Under the pieces are notes generated by a model. That model did no database searches. It was not told where the DNA came from and saw only the letters and a list, made by a program, of their open reading frames with translations. From Candidatus Poribacteria bacterium (GTDB lineage Bacteria; Poribacteria; WGA-4E; UBA9662): a stretch of DNA of 64,000 bases. The stretch's first letter is position 1, and each line of letters begins with the position of its first letter. The DNA lies in assembly GCA_036339735.1 (NCBI GenBank), contig JAYZAL010000066.1, positions 42,652 through 106,651 of the forward strand. The letters are read 5' to 3'. Position numbers and translations under genes: made by a program. Below, piece after piece: positions 30,001-39,679 of the stretch.

Positions 30001-33000
30001 GGCAAGATACTGTATAGAGGACATATACCTACCATATATCAGCCAGTAGGGGTTTCTCTCGATAACCAACTCCAACTAGCAGGAGGACAAGTTATTGAAG
30101 CCACCTACTTGGATATGTTGCAATCGACTGGCCAAACTACTGTTCATGTCAAAACACAATTGGCTGTAAAAACAGGAGAAACTGCTAAGTTAGAGATTAC
30201 CGGAAATGGAAAGATTTTGACTGGAGAAAGTTTCCAAATTCGGTTAATCGATAAAGATTTAAATACTTCACCTGATGAAGCAGACTTTGCGACCGTCGAA
30301 ATTAGTACGAACCGTCTCTCTTCAAGCGAGAGGAGTTGGTTTGAATGGCCATTAAGTGAAAGTAACTTGAACAGTGGTGTTTTTACTGCCTCATGTCCGA
30401 CTGTTTTTCAGAATCCTAGTTTTAGTTCGGAAGTCAATATGGACAAAATACACAGTATACCTATAAGTGGGGGAGAAGAAATTACAGTTCGTTATTTGGA
30501 TGAGCACCAGTCTAGCGGACAAACAAGACAAATGATTACTGAGAGTGTATTAGTTGAATCAGGAGATGATGGCGTATTGACTATTACCAGTGAAAACTAC
30601 GTGTCTGTCGTTGAACAGTTTCGTGCAGGAACTAGTCTTCATTTTCTCCTTCAAGATGCTGATTTAATTGATCCGTCCGTCACTATAGACGTCATTGATC
30701 AGATAGGAGGCGATAAAGAAAGGGTGATTTTGAATCGTCAGTTGGGTGGAGTAAATTTTGCCGGTAAAATACCAACTGAGTTCTGGCACAAAAGTGAAAC
30801 TGAATCGGATCAGCCAGTAGCTAATAATGGAACTCTGAAAGTTCAAGGAGATAGCATTGTTCAAGCTATCTATAAAGACAAATTACGATCGACTGGAGAA
30901 ACACAAATCGATTTTTCCGTTCAAGCTAGTGTGATGCGAGGTAGGACAGGAAAGTTGAACGCATATACAATTAGCAAAATGCCAATTGTAGATACCAACC
31001 CAGAAATGATCGGGAACACTTTGGAAACACCAGCCACTCATTTTAGAGCTGGTCAGGCAATTATACTAGAAGTTTTGGATCATGATTTATTAGATACACT
31101 TAGAGTAACAAAGGGTCTAGATGTAGAACCGGTTAGTTTCGTAGAGATAAACACGAGTAGAGATCAGTTTCGAGATCGTTTAGTATTACCATTAGAAGAT
31201 GCGACATCCGCAAATGGGGCAGTTAGGTGGGTAATCCAGACCCAGTATAATACAATTGGAATGCTCGAAGACCAGGTTTTACAGGTCCTAGGCGGCGATA
31301 TTGTGAGTTGCAACTATGTAGACGACTTACAAGCTAATGGAGCTACGAGGGTACTTGTCAATCTTGAGCTATCAGTTGATATTGGTACAACTGGACATTT
31401 GTCAGTTTATCGACAGAATATAAGCACGCCAATCAGTAAAGGTAAAAAAGCCTTTGTTGGTTTTGAGATTGGAGAAGATTTACGAATTGTTCTGGAAGAT
31501 GATGATCTGAATATTTTCGACCAAGATACTGAGACTGCGAGCGTATTAGTCGCCTCCCCAATCAACAAAGTACAACTTGATTTGTCGGAAGTGTCGGCGG
31601 GTGTTTTTGTTGGCCTACTACAAACCAATTATTTAACAGCAGATAATGTTTCGCGAGGTACCGATAGTACACTAATACTTCAAAGCGGCCAGGTAGTCAC
31701 TATCCAGTATAGTGACAACTTGACACAAACAGGACAAACCGATGTAGTTTTGTCTGAAACTATTATCGCTTTAAGTGGCCGAAAAGGAGCAATAAGAATC
31801 GTTTCCATGAACAGTATTGAACAAAACGAGACAACAGAGATTGCAAATTTTCGAGCTGGCGACGTACTAGGTATTCGGTTGGAAGACGACTTGCTAGAGA
31901 CCAAATATGCCTCAACAGACGACGTTATCCGTATCCCTGTCACGATACAAAGCAGAGAAACACAGGATGTACTCAAGATTGACCTAAAGCCATTAGAAGA
32001 AAATAATGGGGTTTATATTGGCCACTTTGCAACACGATATAGTGTAACCCCAATTGTTGATCAGATACTAGATGTAAAAGGTGGAGAAACAGTGGTTGCT
32101 GTCTATGACTCCCTCCTGTTAAGTAATACAACTATTGAGGATCAAGTATCAGTTGCAAAAGGTCGAAGAGCTCACTTGGAAGTGGTAACGAAACATGGAG
32201 TACCCATTCAAAATTTCAACGTTGGAGATAGCCTCTATTTTCGACTGGAGGATCCTGACCTAAGTGAAGATGAACAAGTAGTTGACCAAATTACTGCGAC
32301 AGTCGTAGTCGATGGTAACGAAGCTTTTCCGCAACTTGTAATGACCAGAGAATCCATCAGTAGTAGTCGTTTTATAGGACAGATTGGCACGTTTTACGGG
32401 CGAACTCTGACACCTAATTCAAAGGTAGAATCTCTTTCCGTTCTACCTCTGATTGGTGGTGAGGTTATCACAGTCCAATATCTGGATTCGCTGACTGAAA
32501 CCGGTGCAACTAACATCCCAGTTGCCCTTAGTTGTCGCAGCAACTTACATGCCTTTGCTCAATACACTGAAAATCATATAGTAATTGATGGTGTGAATGA
32601 CAACTGGCCGTTAGAGAACGCTCTCAGAACAGACAAAGATACCGTGTTGCTCTGGTTTCAATGGAACCATGAAGCCCTCTATTTCCTAGCGCAAATTCGA
32701 GACCGATCGGTAGAGGTTAAAGATCCATTGACTTACTTTCGAGGTTCAGACGCACTTGAACTTCACTTAGATTTAGCCCCGGAAAAAGCGAAGAAACCGA
32801 TCTATTTGCAAGAACAAATCCTTTCCAATAGTCTTGCTAAAAGTCATAAACAAGCGGATATATCAGCACTAAACAGTCGTTATATTTTTTGGTTTTGTCC
32901 AAAAGGAGCTGGGTTTGATGGCCAAAAACCATATATGGGCCAGGCTCAACCAAGGCTAATCCCTAACTACCAAGCAAAGGGACTACAGTTCGCCGTTCGT

Positions 33001-33237
33001 TATAATCAGCCAGCAGATAAGAATAATAGTGAACAATACTATACAATTGAAGGTCGTATACCCTTCTTTCCACTACTGCCCCAGTTTGATCCGCTGAAAA
33101 CTAAACGGAACCTGCGGCTAGGTTTCAATTTTGTTCTTTATCGTTCTGATGATCAGGCGATTCATTGGGCTCGGCCGGTAACAGGAATGGAAACTATATT
33201 TCCCAGTGACTTAGGGCTACTAGTACTACTCCCTTAA
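27091..33237 (+). CDS. Large exported multidomain carbohydrate-binding protein (discoidin-like, malectin-like, two CBM9-like domains, eight tandem repeats)
   Basis: Hydrophobic N-terminus; F5/8C-like segments (FDLG...ARWVQV and IDLG...GRFIKL); two IDG..DW/NW...WN...LY...YTIE CBM9-like domains flanking eight D.DL...GG..I.V.Y.D..TG.T repeats. Confidence 0.65.
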   Translation: MNLKHALLTGIALLLGFLFYPRSTTNYSIDQSLISPARTLDSEPLRLTELVRSNPPYSTFDLGYIYKIDTAQVVFGSPEDSGPRQFDILVKNQLNDRYKRIYSFIGNSHEYGYPLQSFQTQTEARWVQVVINDWFTNKPQLQKDRFRVGTRYKRHGPIKAITATHNTEFLFHLTDLLPNTKWAAADVIINNKEIENASVAPEFRTPTLNGQFATVAVKIDLGRRQNIYGTRITTAGSGNNLKRYSLEIGGRSAITRGDTEINDFIPYYTSEILPNEVVKDTYLPETSQRGRFIKLKIDVNDWYGEYAEVSNFEVFTDEYRILSSQLSSDPQYRNFEDYTTKRVEYENLGANNNQYAPHLKQGFAYDKETGDFQNRYLLPKTVSEPDAPNSIASGGLVDQRSFAYHYDTVEIQFGAMRPMNPRMLYWVQVSYLQNSDGKRIQNLLADQFLLHSALEIPTNAAKTYTFQIPTQAYASGPTAGKVALRFNRLAGANAVVSTVALLESSPLRDDNLANKKDGQKTHLLTNQKQGRSVRTDNTIKIDGLVNDWHLLYSLVPMFAGQRDKPLPTEYQSRKESPVHLYTQWNDNNLYILLNFNQPDDEKNRLINQHHRLHLFIDTQRTASPGMYTPTDHHFTFDLSNFTEPEPEVYVSQVHHHLDAIPATINNYEDISVAVRLIPSTNSDSNIKEGYTIEIQLPKQLVLNRFKTGVGYLFGLNYILNRTDLEKKRNLSSFAFTSSDSDSPPQNWFPVEMVSRVSGEVDIMSQTGLEPIEKLVVGDTISLCVWDADRNNDPTLEESITVQLKNNRSEVSSTLRLPEVDYASFIDDNQKHNGSPNSSFFAAKILTEFDEFPPSNKANILTTSLLKVRGGDEIVLSYTDPYFGYNQRDKLIQKTALVEKGHDGRVYFGTFNGEVLGQISIGSELFVFIEDDDLQENLVKPVSIELNILAPKSSYRSLQKEIVTVSLVETEGKILYRGHIPTIYQPVGVSLDNQLQLAGGQVIEATYLDMLQSTGQTTVHVKTQLAVKTGETAKLEITGNGKILTGESFQIRLIDKDLNTSPDEADFATVEISTNRLSSSERSWFEWPLSESNLNSGVFTASCPTVFQNPSFSSEVNMDKIHSIPISGGEEITVRYLDEHQSSGQTRQMITESVLVESGDDGVLTITSENYVSVVEQFRAGTSLHFLLQDADLIDPSVTIDVIDQIGGDKERVILNRQLGGVNFAGKIPTEFWHKSETESDQPVANNGTLKVQGDSIVQAIYKDKLRSTGETQIDFSVQASVMRGRTGKLNAYTISKMPIVDTNPEMIGNTLETPATHFRAGQAIILEVLDHDLLDTLRVTKGLDVEPVSFVEINTSRDQFRDRLVLPLEDATSANGAVRWVIQTQYNTIGMLEDQVLQVLGGDIVSCNYVDDLQANGATRVLVNLELSVDIGTTGHLSVYRQNISTPISKGKKAFVGFEIGEDLRIVLEDDDLNIFDQDTETASVLVASPINKVQLDLSEVSAGVFVGLLQTNYLTADNVSRGTDSTLILQSGQVVTIQYSDNLTQTGQTDVVLSETIIALSGRKGAIRIVSMNSIEQNETTEIANFRAGDVLGIRLEDDLLETKYASTDDVIRIPVTIQSRETQDVLKIDLKPLEENNGVYIGHFATRYSVTPIVDQILDVKGGETVVAVYDSLLLSNTTIEDQVSVAKGRRAHLEVVTKHGVPIQNFNVGDSLYFRLEDPDLSEDEQVVDQITATVVVDGNEAFPQLVMTRESISSSRFIGQIGTFYGRTLTPNSKVESLSVLPLIGGEVITVQYLDSLTETGATNIPVALSCRSNLHAFAQYTENHIVIDGVNDNWPLENALRTDKDTVLLWFQWNHEALYFLAQIRDRSVEVKDPLTYFRGSDALELHLDLAPEKAKKPIYLQEQILSNSLAKSHKQADISALNSRYIFWFCPKGAGFDGQKPYMGQAQPRLIPNYQAKGLQFAVRYNQPADKNNSEQYYTIEGRIPFFPLLPQFDPLKTKRNLRLGFNFVLYRSDDQAIHWARPVTGMETIFPSDLGLLVLLP

Positions 33238-33316
33238 TTAAGAGCGCCGAGATATTGTGGTGAAATATTTTTGATATGGTTATACCCTAAATGTGGTGGT
33301 TGTGGTACGAAAGTAA

Positions 33317-34234
33317 ATGGATACTTTTATTATAAGATTCTTTTTCTTTTATTTTCTGATTACCCTTTTCCCAGGAGTTTGGAGCGAAAAGATGACTCTG
33401 AATGGTGAAAAATCATCAGAACCATTTTCGAACCGTTACCTAAATGTGAAACAAGTTAGCGGAGAAATAGAGTGGGTTCATATTGAAAGTGGAAAATTCT
33501 TGATGGGGTCTACACAAAAAGAAGTGGAAAAGATCTACCAAGAAGCAAGGATCCGTAGCTCAATGCTAGATAGGAACATATTTTCAGCAGAAACACCACA
33601 GAGGTGGGTGACGCTTTCCTCATTCGAAATTTCTAAATACGAAGTAACAAATGCTCAGTATTATGCTTTCGTGATTGCCACTGGTCGACCAGTACCAAGA
33701 GGATACAATGGGGAACCCGTTTGGGAGAATCCAGCGTTGAATCAAGCTCAACAGCCAGTCGTCGGTGTAACTTGGTACGATGCACAAGCTTTCGCTGAGT
33801 GGGTTGGTGGCAGTTTGCCTACTGAAGCACAGTGGGAACGGGCGGCACGTGGTAAAAATGGTGCAAAATATCCTTGGGGAAACGAATCACCTAGAAGGCA
33901 ATTCGCCAATTTCGCCAAACGACAACCTTCTACAACACCAGTTGGCCAATTCCCGTTAGGTGACACAGATACTGGTATTTCTGATTTGGCAGGTAACGTT
34001 TGGGAGTGGTGTTTAGATGATTACTCTCAAACCTTTTATCAAATTGCTGGTAATAACCAGCCGGTCAATACGCAGCATCCAAACCTGATTAGAGATCGGG
34101 TAATCCGAGGTGGATCTTGGGATTACGGCCGTATATTTATCCGATCGCAACTGCGTTTTAAATTTTTCCCCCTAGATTCGGCAAACAATATTGGCTTCCG
34201 AATAGTCAAGAAAAAGAGGGGAATTGAGAATTAA
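33317..34234 (+). CDS. FGE-sulfatase (SUMF1/EgtB/PvdO-like) domain protein
   Basis: FLMGS, YEVTNAQY, QPVVGVTWYDA, LPTEAQWERAARG, DLAGNVWEW, RGGSW and IGFR. It lacks the catalytic Cys pair of true FGE. Confidence 0.9.
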   Translation: MDTFIIRFFFFYFLITLFPGVWSEKMTLNGEKSSEPFSNRYLNVKQVSGEIEWVHIESGKFLMGSTQKEVEKIYQEARIRSSMLDRNIFSAETPQRWVTLSSFEISKYEVTNAQYYAFVIATGRPVPRGYNGEPVWENPALNQAQQPVVGVTWYDAQAFAEWVGGSLPTEAQWERAARGKNGAKYPWGNESPRRQFANFAKRQPSTTPVGQFPLGDTDTGISDLAGNVWEWCLDDYSQTFYQIAGNNQPVNTQHPNLIRDRVIRGGSWDYGRIFIRSQLRFKFFPLDSANNIGFRIVKKKRGIEN

Positions 34235-35918
34235 ACTGATCATTCGACAATCTTGGTTAATTATTTCTTTGTTACTTTTTGATATCAGTTTGGCGCATGC
34301 TCAGTCCACGCCCCAAATTGCTTTCGTTGATGTGACTGCGAAGTTAGGATTCGACTTTGAATACCAGAACGATTTTTCACCAGAACGACGGTTGGTAGAA
34401 ACCATGGGAGGAGGAGGAACTCTGCTAGACTTCGATGGAGATGGAGATCTTGATCTGTATCTAGTACAAGGTGCGGATCTCGACAACTTACAAAAGGATT
34501 CAAAACATCGAATGTGCTGGTCTAATCGACTTTACCGAAACGAGTCAGGAAAACATTTTGTCGATGTCACCGAGCAGGCGCAAGTTAGTGGTACTGGCTA
34601 TGGTCTCGGCGCAGTATCGGCTGATTATGATGGAGATGGTGATGTAGATATATATGTGACCAATTTAGGCTCCAACATCTTGTATCAAAACAATGGCAAT
34701 AGTACATTTAGCGACGTGACTGAGATTGCCGGTCTTAAATCAGACTTGATTAGTACGAGTGCGGCTTTTTTCGATTATGACCAAGATGGAGATCTCGACC
34801 TTTATTTATGTAATTACGTTGACTATGATCTATCGGAGGATATCCCCTGCTATTTTGGACAACTACGAATTTACTGTGGTCCTAACGAATACGATGGTAT
34901 TGCAGATCAACTTTATCGAAATAATGGTGATGGGTCATTTACCGATGTGACTAAGCAAGCAGGTGTTTGGATGCCTACAGCACGTGGGCTTGGTGTGATT
35001 TGCCCTGATGTTAACGATGATGGTTGGGCAGATATTTACGTCGCTAACGACATGAATCCCAACACTTTATTTATCAATCAAGGTGATGGTACCTTCAAAG
35101 AAGAGGGGCAACTTCGAGGATGTGCTTACAATGCTGATGGCATTGCCAATGGTTCCATGGGGGTTGATGCGGGTGATTACGATAACGATGGTGATATGGA
35201 TTTGTGGGTGACCAACTTTTCATTGGAGGCTAATTGTTTGATGGTCAATGACGGGAACGGATATTTTGATGATTTGACATTTGATATAGGATTAGCAGAA
35301 CCTTCATTTGTGCCACTGGCATTCGGAACAAAATTCATTGATTATGATAATGATGGTTGGTTAGATCTAGTCGTCGGAAATGGGCATATTTGGGATAATG
35401 TTAATCAAATTGATTCTAGTATGACATATGCCCAGCCATTACAACTGTTTAAGAATAAAAATGGCATTTTCAACGAAGTAATACTGGAAGGGCTCTCCAG
35501 CTATGTAGTTCGTGGCTTAATGACTGGCGACTACGATAACGATGGAGACCAAGACCTATTTTTATGTCAGTCGAATGGACCTTTAGTCGTACTAGAAAAT
35601 CAATTGCTGGGAAAGAATGAAGCCAAAGGAGTAGCTTGGTTGACTCTAGACCTTACATCTAACGGTCTAAATGGGAACGGCATAGGAGCAACTGTAAAAG
35701 TTACAGCCGGCGCAAAAGCCCAAACTAAGCAACTGCTAAGCGGTGGTAGTTATCTAGTTGGGAATGATACACGATTAAGCTTTGGGTTGTCGTCTGCAGA
35801 GATTATCGATAAAATAGAGATTTACTGGCCTAATGGTTACCAAGAGGTATTAGTGAATATCCAACCTCGGCAAATCTTAACCATTGAGCAAAAAAATAAT
35901 CGACCGAAAACGGAGTAA
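34224..35918 (+). CDS. CRTAC1-family FG-GAP/VCBS repeat protein with a C-terminal ASPIC/UnbV domain
   Basis: Repeated DYDxDGDxDLY and LYRNNGDGxFxDVT motifs; NGIGA.V.V...GGSYL..ND.RL.FGL...WPNG. Confidence 0.9.
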   Translation: MRIKLIIRQSWLIISLLLFDISLAHAQSTPQIAFVDVTAKLGFDFEYQNDFSPERRLVETMGGGGTLLDFDGDGDLDLYLVQGADLDNLQKDSKHRMCWSNRLYRNESGKHFVDVTEQAQVSGTGYGLGAVSADYDGDGDVDIYVTNLGSNILYQNNGNSTFSDVTEIAGLKSDLISTSAAFFDYDQDGDLDLYLCNYVDYDLSEDIPCYFGQLRIYCGPNEYDGIADQLYRNNGDGSFTDVTKQAGVWMPTARGLGVICPDVNDDGWADIYVANDMNPNTLFINQGDGTFKEEGQLRGCAYNADGIANGSMGVDAGDYDNDGDMDLWVTNFSLEANCLMVNDGNGYFDDLTFDIGLAEPSFVPLAFGTKFIDYDNDGWLDLVVGNGHIWDNVNQIDSSMTYAQPLQLFKNKNGIFNEVILEGLSSYVVRGLMTGDYDNDGDQDLFLCQSNGPLVVLENQLLGKNEAKGVAWLTLDLTSNGLNGNGIGATVKVTAGAKAQTKQLLSGGSYLVGNDTRLSFGLSSAEIIDKIEIYWPNGYQEVLVNIQPRQILTIEQKNNRPKTE

Positions 35919-35920
35919 AA

Positions 35921-37639
35921 ATGGCTTTCAAGATTGCTTTTATTACTGACACTCACCTTTACCCTGAGGCTCCGAAAAACTTTGGTGCTGGGACACAACT
36001 TCAAGAGGACAGCGTCGAAATCTACGAAGCTATGGTACAACAAGTCTCTGATTTTAGACCCGATGTGGTAATTCATGGTGGGGATATTGTTTGTGGAGGT
36101 GATAATTTTGAAATGCCAATGAGCAATTACCAAATTGCTCTGGATCACGCACAGATGTTAGGAGAACAACTTTCGGCTCCCGTATACTATATTCCAGGTA
36201 ATCATGATCTCGACCCAGAAAGCGGTGATAAGACACAGTATCTACAAAGGTTCGGCTATCATCCATCAAAAAACAATTCAGACGATGTGAATCAAAACCA
36301 AGTAGATGAACTAGCAAACGTAGTAGAGCCTCGAGGATATTCTAGCTTAGTTTATGAAGATGTTCGACTGATCTTATTGGATTGTCAAGAGGTCGAGCGT
36401 GATGTGACCCACGGCTATATTGGAGAGGAACAACTTGAGTGGATAAAGTGCGAATTGGAACAGTCGAAAGACAATAGTCAGGATGTCCTGATTTTTGCCC
36501 ATCAACTTCTACAGCCAACTGATGAATTCCCAAACCTAGAGTCAACAATCGAAAATTGGGAGCAGGTAACTCAAATACTCAACAATTATGACCATGTTTT
36601 GGCTACTTTCCATGGCCACCTTCATTGCCAGAGGATAATTGGACCAGATCCGACAACTAAGTGGCTAACTGTTATAACGTCTAGTACCATTTGCTATCCG
36701 ATGATGTGGCGAAAAATTGAGATAAATTCAGAACAGATTCGAATCGATAGTGTTCAACTGCCACTATCGCAAAAATTAGCGAAATCCTCCGCGGCACATC
36801 CTCAGCGCGGACGATCATTAATTGGTGAAGAGCAAGACCTGCGGGTAAGTATAAAACGTTCCATCCAGACACCAAATAATTTGGTAACCAAGGGCATAGA
36901 AACTTCTTTAATAAAAGCCTTAATCCTGACTGGGGTTAACAATCATGATTGGGAGCGGTCATCCTCAATTTGCCAAAATTTACTAGAAAGTACGGGTAGA
37001 TTTAGTGTCGAAATCTGTGAAACCCCATCAGCTAGGTTAGAAAACCGAGAACAACTTGACCAGTACCAGCTATTTTTAGTCGATTATAATACCGGATTCG
37101 ATAACCTATATACTGGGACAGAATGGAGCAGCCTCGCTCGCGATAATTTTATTGATTCAGTCAGATGTGGAGTGAATGTTTGTATTCTTCACTCAGCTAA
37201 TAACTCATTCCCGGAATGGGTAGAATATGAAGAAATTTGCGCTTTGATGTGGCGTGAAGATTCTAGTCATGGTGTGTATCACAGTTTCGATATCGAGTTT
37301 ACCGATCTCGACCACCCAATTGTCAATGGATTTGCCCAAACATTACCCAGTGGAAAAATTAAAAACCATCCTGATGAACTTTACCACCAACTGAAACACA
37401 TGCATGGTACTGACTACCACGTCATTGCACAGGCATTTTCGAGTGTTGATTCAGGCGGGACTGGGCAGTATGAACCAATGGTCTTGGTTAAGAACTATGG
37501 TCAAGCTAGAGTCTTTCATTCCATTTTAGGCCATTTGGGGCTTGATGGAGTATCTGATACTTGGGATAATCCTGACTTTCAAACATTGTTAGTGAGAGGA
37601 TGTGAATGGGCTGCGCTAGGAACAGTTACCAACGCATAA
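35921..37639 (+). CDS. Calcineurin-like metallophosphoesterase fused to a ThuA-like domain
   Basis: ITDTH, HGGD, PGNHD and FHGHLH, followed by LILTG.NNHDW, DELY, EPM...YG..RVFH..LGH and RGCEWAA. Confidence 0.8.
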   Translation: MAFKIAFITDTHLYPEAPKNFGAGTQLQEDSVEIYEAMVQQVSDFRPDVVIHGGDIVCGGDNFEMPMSNYQIALDHAQMLGEQLSAPVYYIPGNHDLDPESGDKTQYLQRFGYHPSKNNSDDVNQNQVDELANVVEPRGYSSLVYEDVRLILLDCQEVERDVTHGYIGEEQLEWIKCELEQSKDNSQDVLIFAHQLLQPTDEFPNLESTIENWEQVTQILNNYDHVLATFHGHLHCQRIIGPDPTTKWLTVITSSTICYPMMWRKIEINSEQIRIDSVQLPLSQKLAKSSAAHPQRGRSLIGEEQDLRVSIKRSIQTPNNLVTKGIETSLIKALILTGVNNHDWERSSSICQNLLESTGRFSVEICETPSARLENREQLDQYQLFLVDYNTGFDNLYTGTEWSSLARDNFIDSVRCGVNVCILHSANNSFPEWVEYEEICALMWREDSSHGVYHSFDIEFTDLDHPIVNGFAQTLPSGKIKNHPDELYHQLKHMHGTDYHVIAQAFSSVDSGGTGQYEPMVLVKNYGQARVFHSILGHLGLDGVSDTWDNPDFQTLLVRGCEWAALGTVTNA

Positions 37640-37652
37640 TTGAGGGAAGTAC

Positions 37653-38885
37653 ATGAAAGTTATTCAAGGCGGTATTACCAGCGTTGTTGGGATTCGAGCT
37701 GCAGGCGTTTATGCAGGCATTAAGAAAAAGAGCCACAAAGAATCAACTAAAGATATAGCTTTAATAGTAGCTGATCCAGTTTCACCTACCGATCAGCCTA
37801 TTGCCGCTGGTGTTTATACAAAAAACCGCGTTTGTGCTGCACCAGTCTTACTTTGTAAGGAACACCTTCAACAACCAACAACCCGTGCAATTATTATTAA
37901 CAGTGGTAATGCCAATGCTTGTACTGGTGATCAAGGCGTACATAACGCCAAACAGATGGCTCAAGTAGTTGCCAACACACTCTCGATTTCGGTTGATGAG
38001 GTCTTAGTTTGTTCGACTGGCGTTATTGGTCAACAGCTACCCATGGAAAAAATAGAAGCTGGTATTATATCTGCGGCCGATCATGTGTCAAACGATGGGG
38101 GTAATGATGTAGCTGTAGCAATTATGACGACTGATACAGTTTCTAAATCGGTGTCGGTTGAAATTGAAATCGACAACCAAGCCGTTAGGATTGGTGGGAC
38201 AGCAAAAGGTTCTGGTATGATAGCTCCTAATATGGCAACTATGCTTGGTTTTATTACCACTGATGTAGCAATCACACCAGAATTATTACAGTCCAGCCTG
38301 AGTCAAGCTAATGAGATTAGTTTTAATTGTATTACTGTTGATACTGATACCAGTACTAATGACACAGTATTGGTATTAGCAACCGGTGCGGCAAACCACA
38401 CCAAAATTGAGTCTGATACAGACCCAAACTACGAAGTATTCTGTAAAGGTCTAACATATGTATGTACTGAATTGGCCAAGATGATTGCACGTGATGGAGA
38501 AGGTGCAACGAAACTCGTCGAGATCTTGATAGAAAACGCTCAAACAAAAAGTGATGCTGTTAAAGCGGGTAGGGCTGTTGCTGAATCTCCCCTAGTCAAG
38601 ACGGCTATCTTTGCTAACGATGCTAACTGGGGCCGTTTCATGATGGCAATTGGCAAGTCAGGAGCAATTTTTGATCCTTATCAAGTAAATATCTTTGTTG
38701 ACGACTACCAAATCGTCAGGAACGGGATGAATGCTGGTTATAAAGAGGAAACGGCCTCAGAATATTTGAATTCGGATATCATTCAGATTCGTATTGACTT
38801 AGGGGCTGGTATCCGAACGGCTAAGTTTTGGTCGTGCGATTATTCATATGACTACATCCGCATTAATGCTGATTATCGCACCTAG
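37653..38885 (+). CDS. argJ: Ornithine acetyltransferase / N-acetylglutamate synthase
   Basis: NSGNANACTG, STGVIG, IMTTDT, KGSGMIAPNMATML, DTSTNDT, DGEGATK and INADYRT. Confidence 0.97.
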   Translation: MKVIQGGITSVVGIRAAGVYAGIKKKSHKESTKDIALIVADPVSPTDQPIAAGVYTKNRVCAAPVLLCKEHLQQPTTRAIIINSGNANACTGDQGVHNAKQMAQVVANTLSISVDEVLVCSTGVIGQQLPMEKIEAGIISAADHVSNDGGNDVAVAIMTTDTVSKSVSVEIEIDNQAVRIGGTAKGSGMIAPNMATMLGFITTDVAITPELLQSSLSQANEISFNCITVDTDTSTNDTVLVLATGAANHTKIESDTDPNYEVFCKGLTYVCTELAKMIARDGEGATKLVEILIENAQTKSDAVKAGRAVAESPLVKTAIFANDANWGRFMMAIGKSGAIFDPYQVNIFVDDYQIVRNGMNAGYKEETASEYLNSDIIQIRIDLGAGIRTAKFWSCDYSYDYIRINADYRT

Positions 38886-38902
38886 AGTTATGTCGGTAGA
38901 AC

Positions 38903-38932
38903 TTGGCCTTAATTTTTTATATGTGGTATGAT
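38903..38932 (+). promoter_or_regulatory. Promoter of rnpB
   Basis: TTGGCC, 18 nt spacer, TATGAT with an extended TG, just upstream of the RNA. Confidence 0.6.
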
Positions 38933-38956
38933 TTTGTAGCTTGGGTTGAGTGGCTG

Positions 38957-39318
38957 AATAGAGTCAAGTAGGCGGTCGCACTTCTGTTTTTCAGAGGTGA
39001 GGAAAGTCCGGGCTCCACAGAGCGGGATGCTGGATAACGTCCAGGAGTGGCGACACTACGGAGAGTGCAACAGAAAGTAAACTACAGCACTTACAGTGCT
39101 GTACAGGTGAAACGGTGCGGTAAAAGCGCACCAGTCTTGGTGGTGACATCAAGAGCTTGTAAACCCCATCTGGAGCAAGACCAAGTAGGTGAATTGGGTT
39201 CGCTCGCCCTGTTCGCGGGTAAGGTCGCAAGAGGTTAGTGGTAACACTAATCCTAGATGAATGATCGCTAACACTGTTCCAGACAGTGTACAGAACCCGG
39301 CTTATTCTTTGCTCTATT
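38957..39318 (+). ncRNA. rnpB: RNase P RNA, bacterial type A
   Basis: Conserved GAGGAAAGTCCGGGC, AGTGCAACAGAAA, GGTGAAACG..GGTAA.AG, GTAAACCCC..GGAGCAAG, AGATGAATGA and ACAGAACCCGGCTTA. The ends pair (aatagag/ctctatt). Confidence 0.97.
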
Positions 39319-39679
39319 TGGCTAATTAACCCGAGTTTTCTGGTCGGAATTAAAGCATGAAACGAAAGGGATTGGTCAATTGTAATATTTTTTTAGGAAC
39401 TGTTTGACCTACTTACTGGCTGTCATCTGACTTTGTCATTTGTTTGTATGCTATTTTAATTTCGGGTGAATACAACATTCGGTATGAAGCCCCTCCTGCA
39501 TACTACATTATTGGTCGTGTTCTAAGTGGCTGAAACAAAGACGGAATTGAACTTGGTTGCCTGACTCCTCGCTATTACCCACAAAAGTAGAACAATATGT
39601 TCCATCAAACCTGTGTGGCTGTTTTTGCGAAAGTCAGTTAAATTCTTATCGTGTTCCTAACAAAAACTGAGCTGAAGAA

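Noticed and set aside
33317-34234. Active formylglycine-generating enzyme
   Set aside because: The catalytic cysteines after RGGSW are absent.
38991-39238. Two short ORFs (79 aa minus, 63 aa plus)
   Set aside because: Both lie within rnpB and are spurious translations of the RNA gene.
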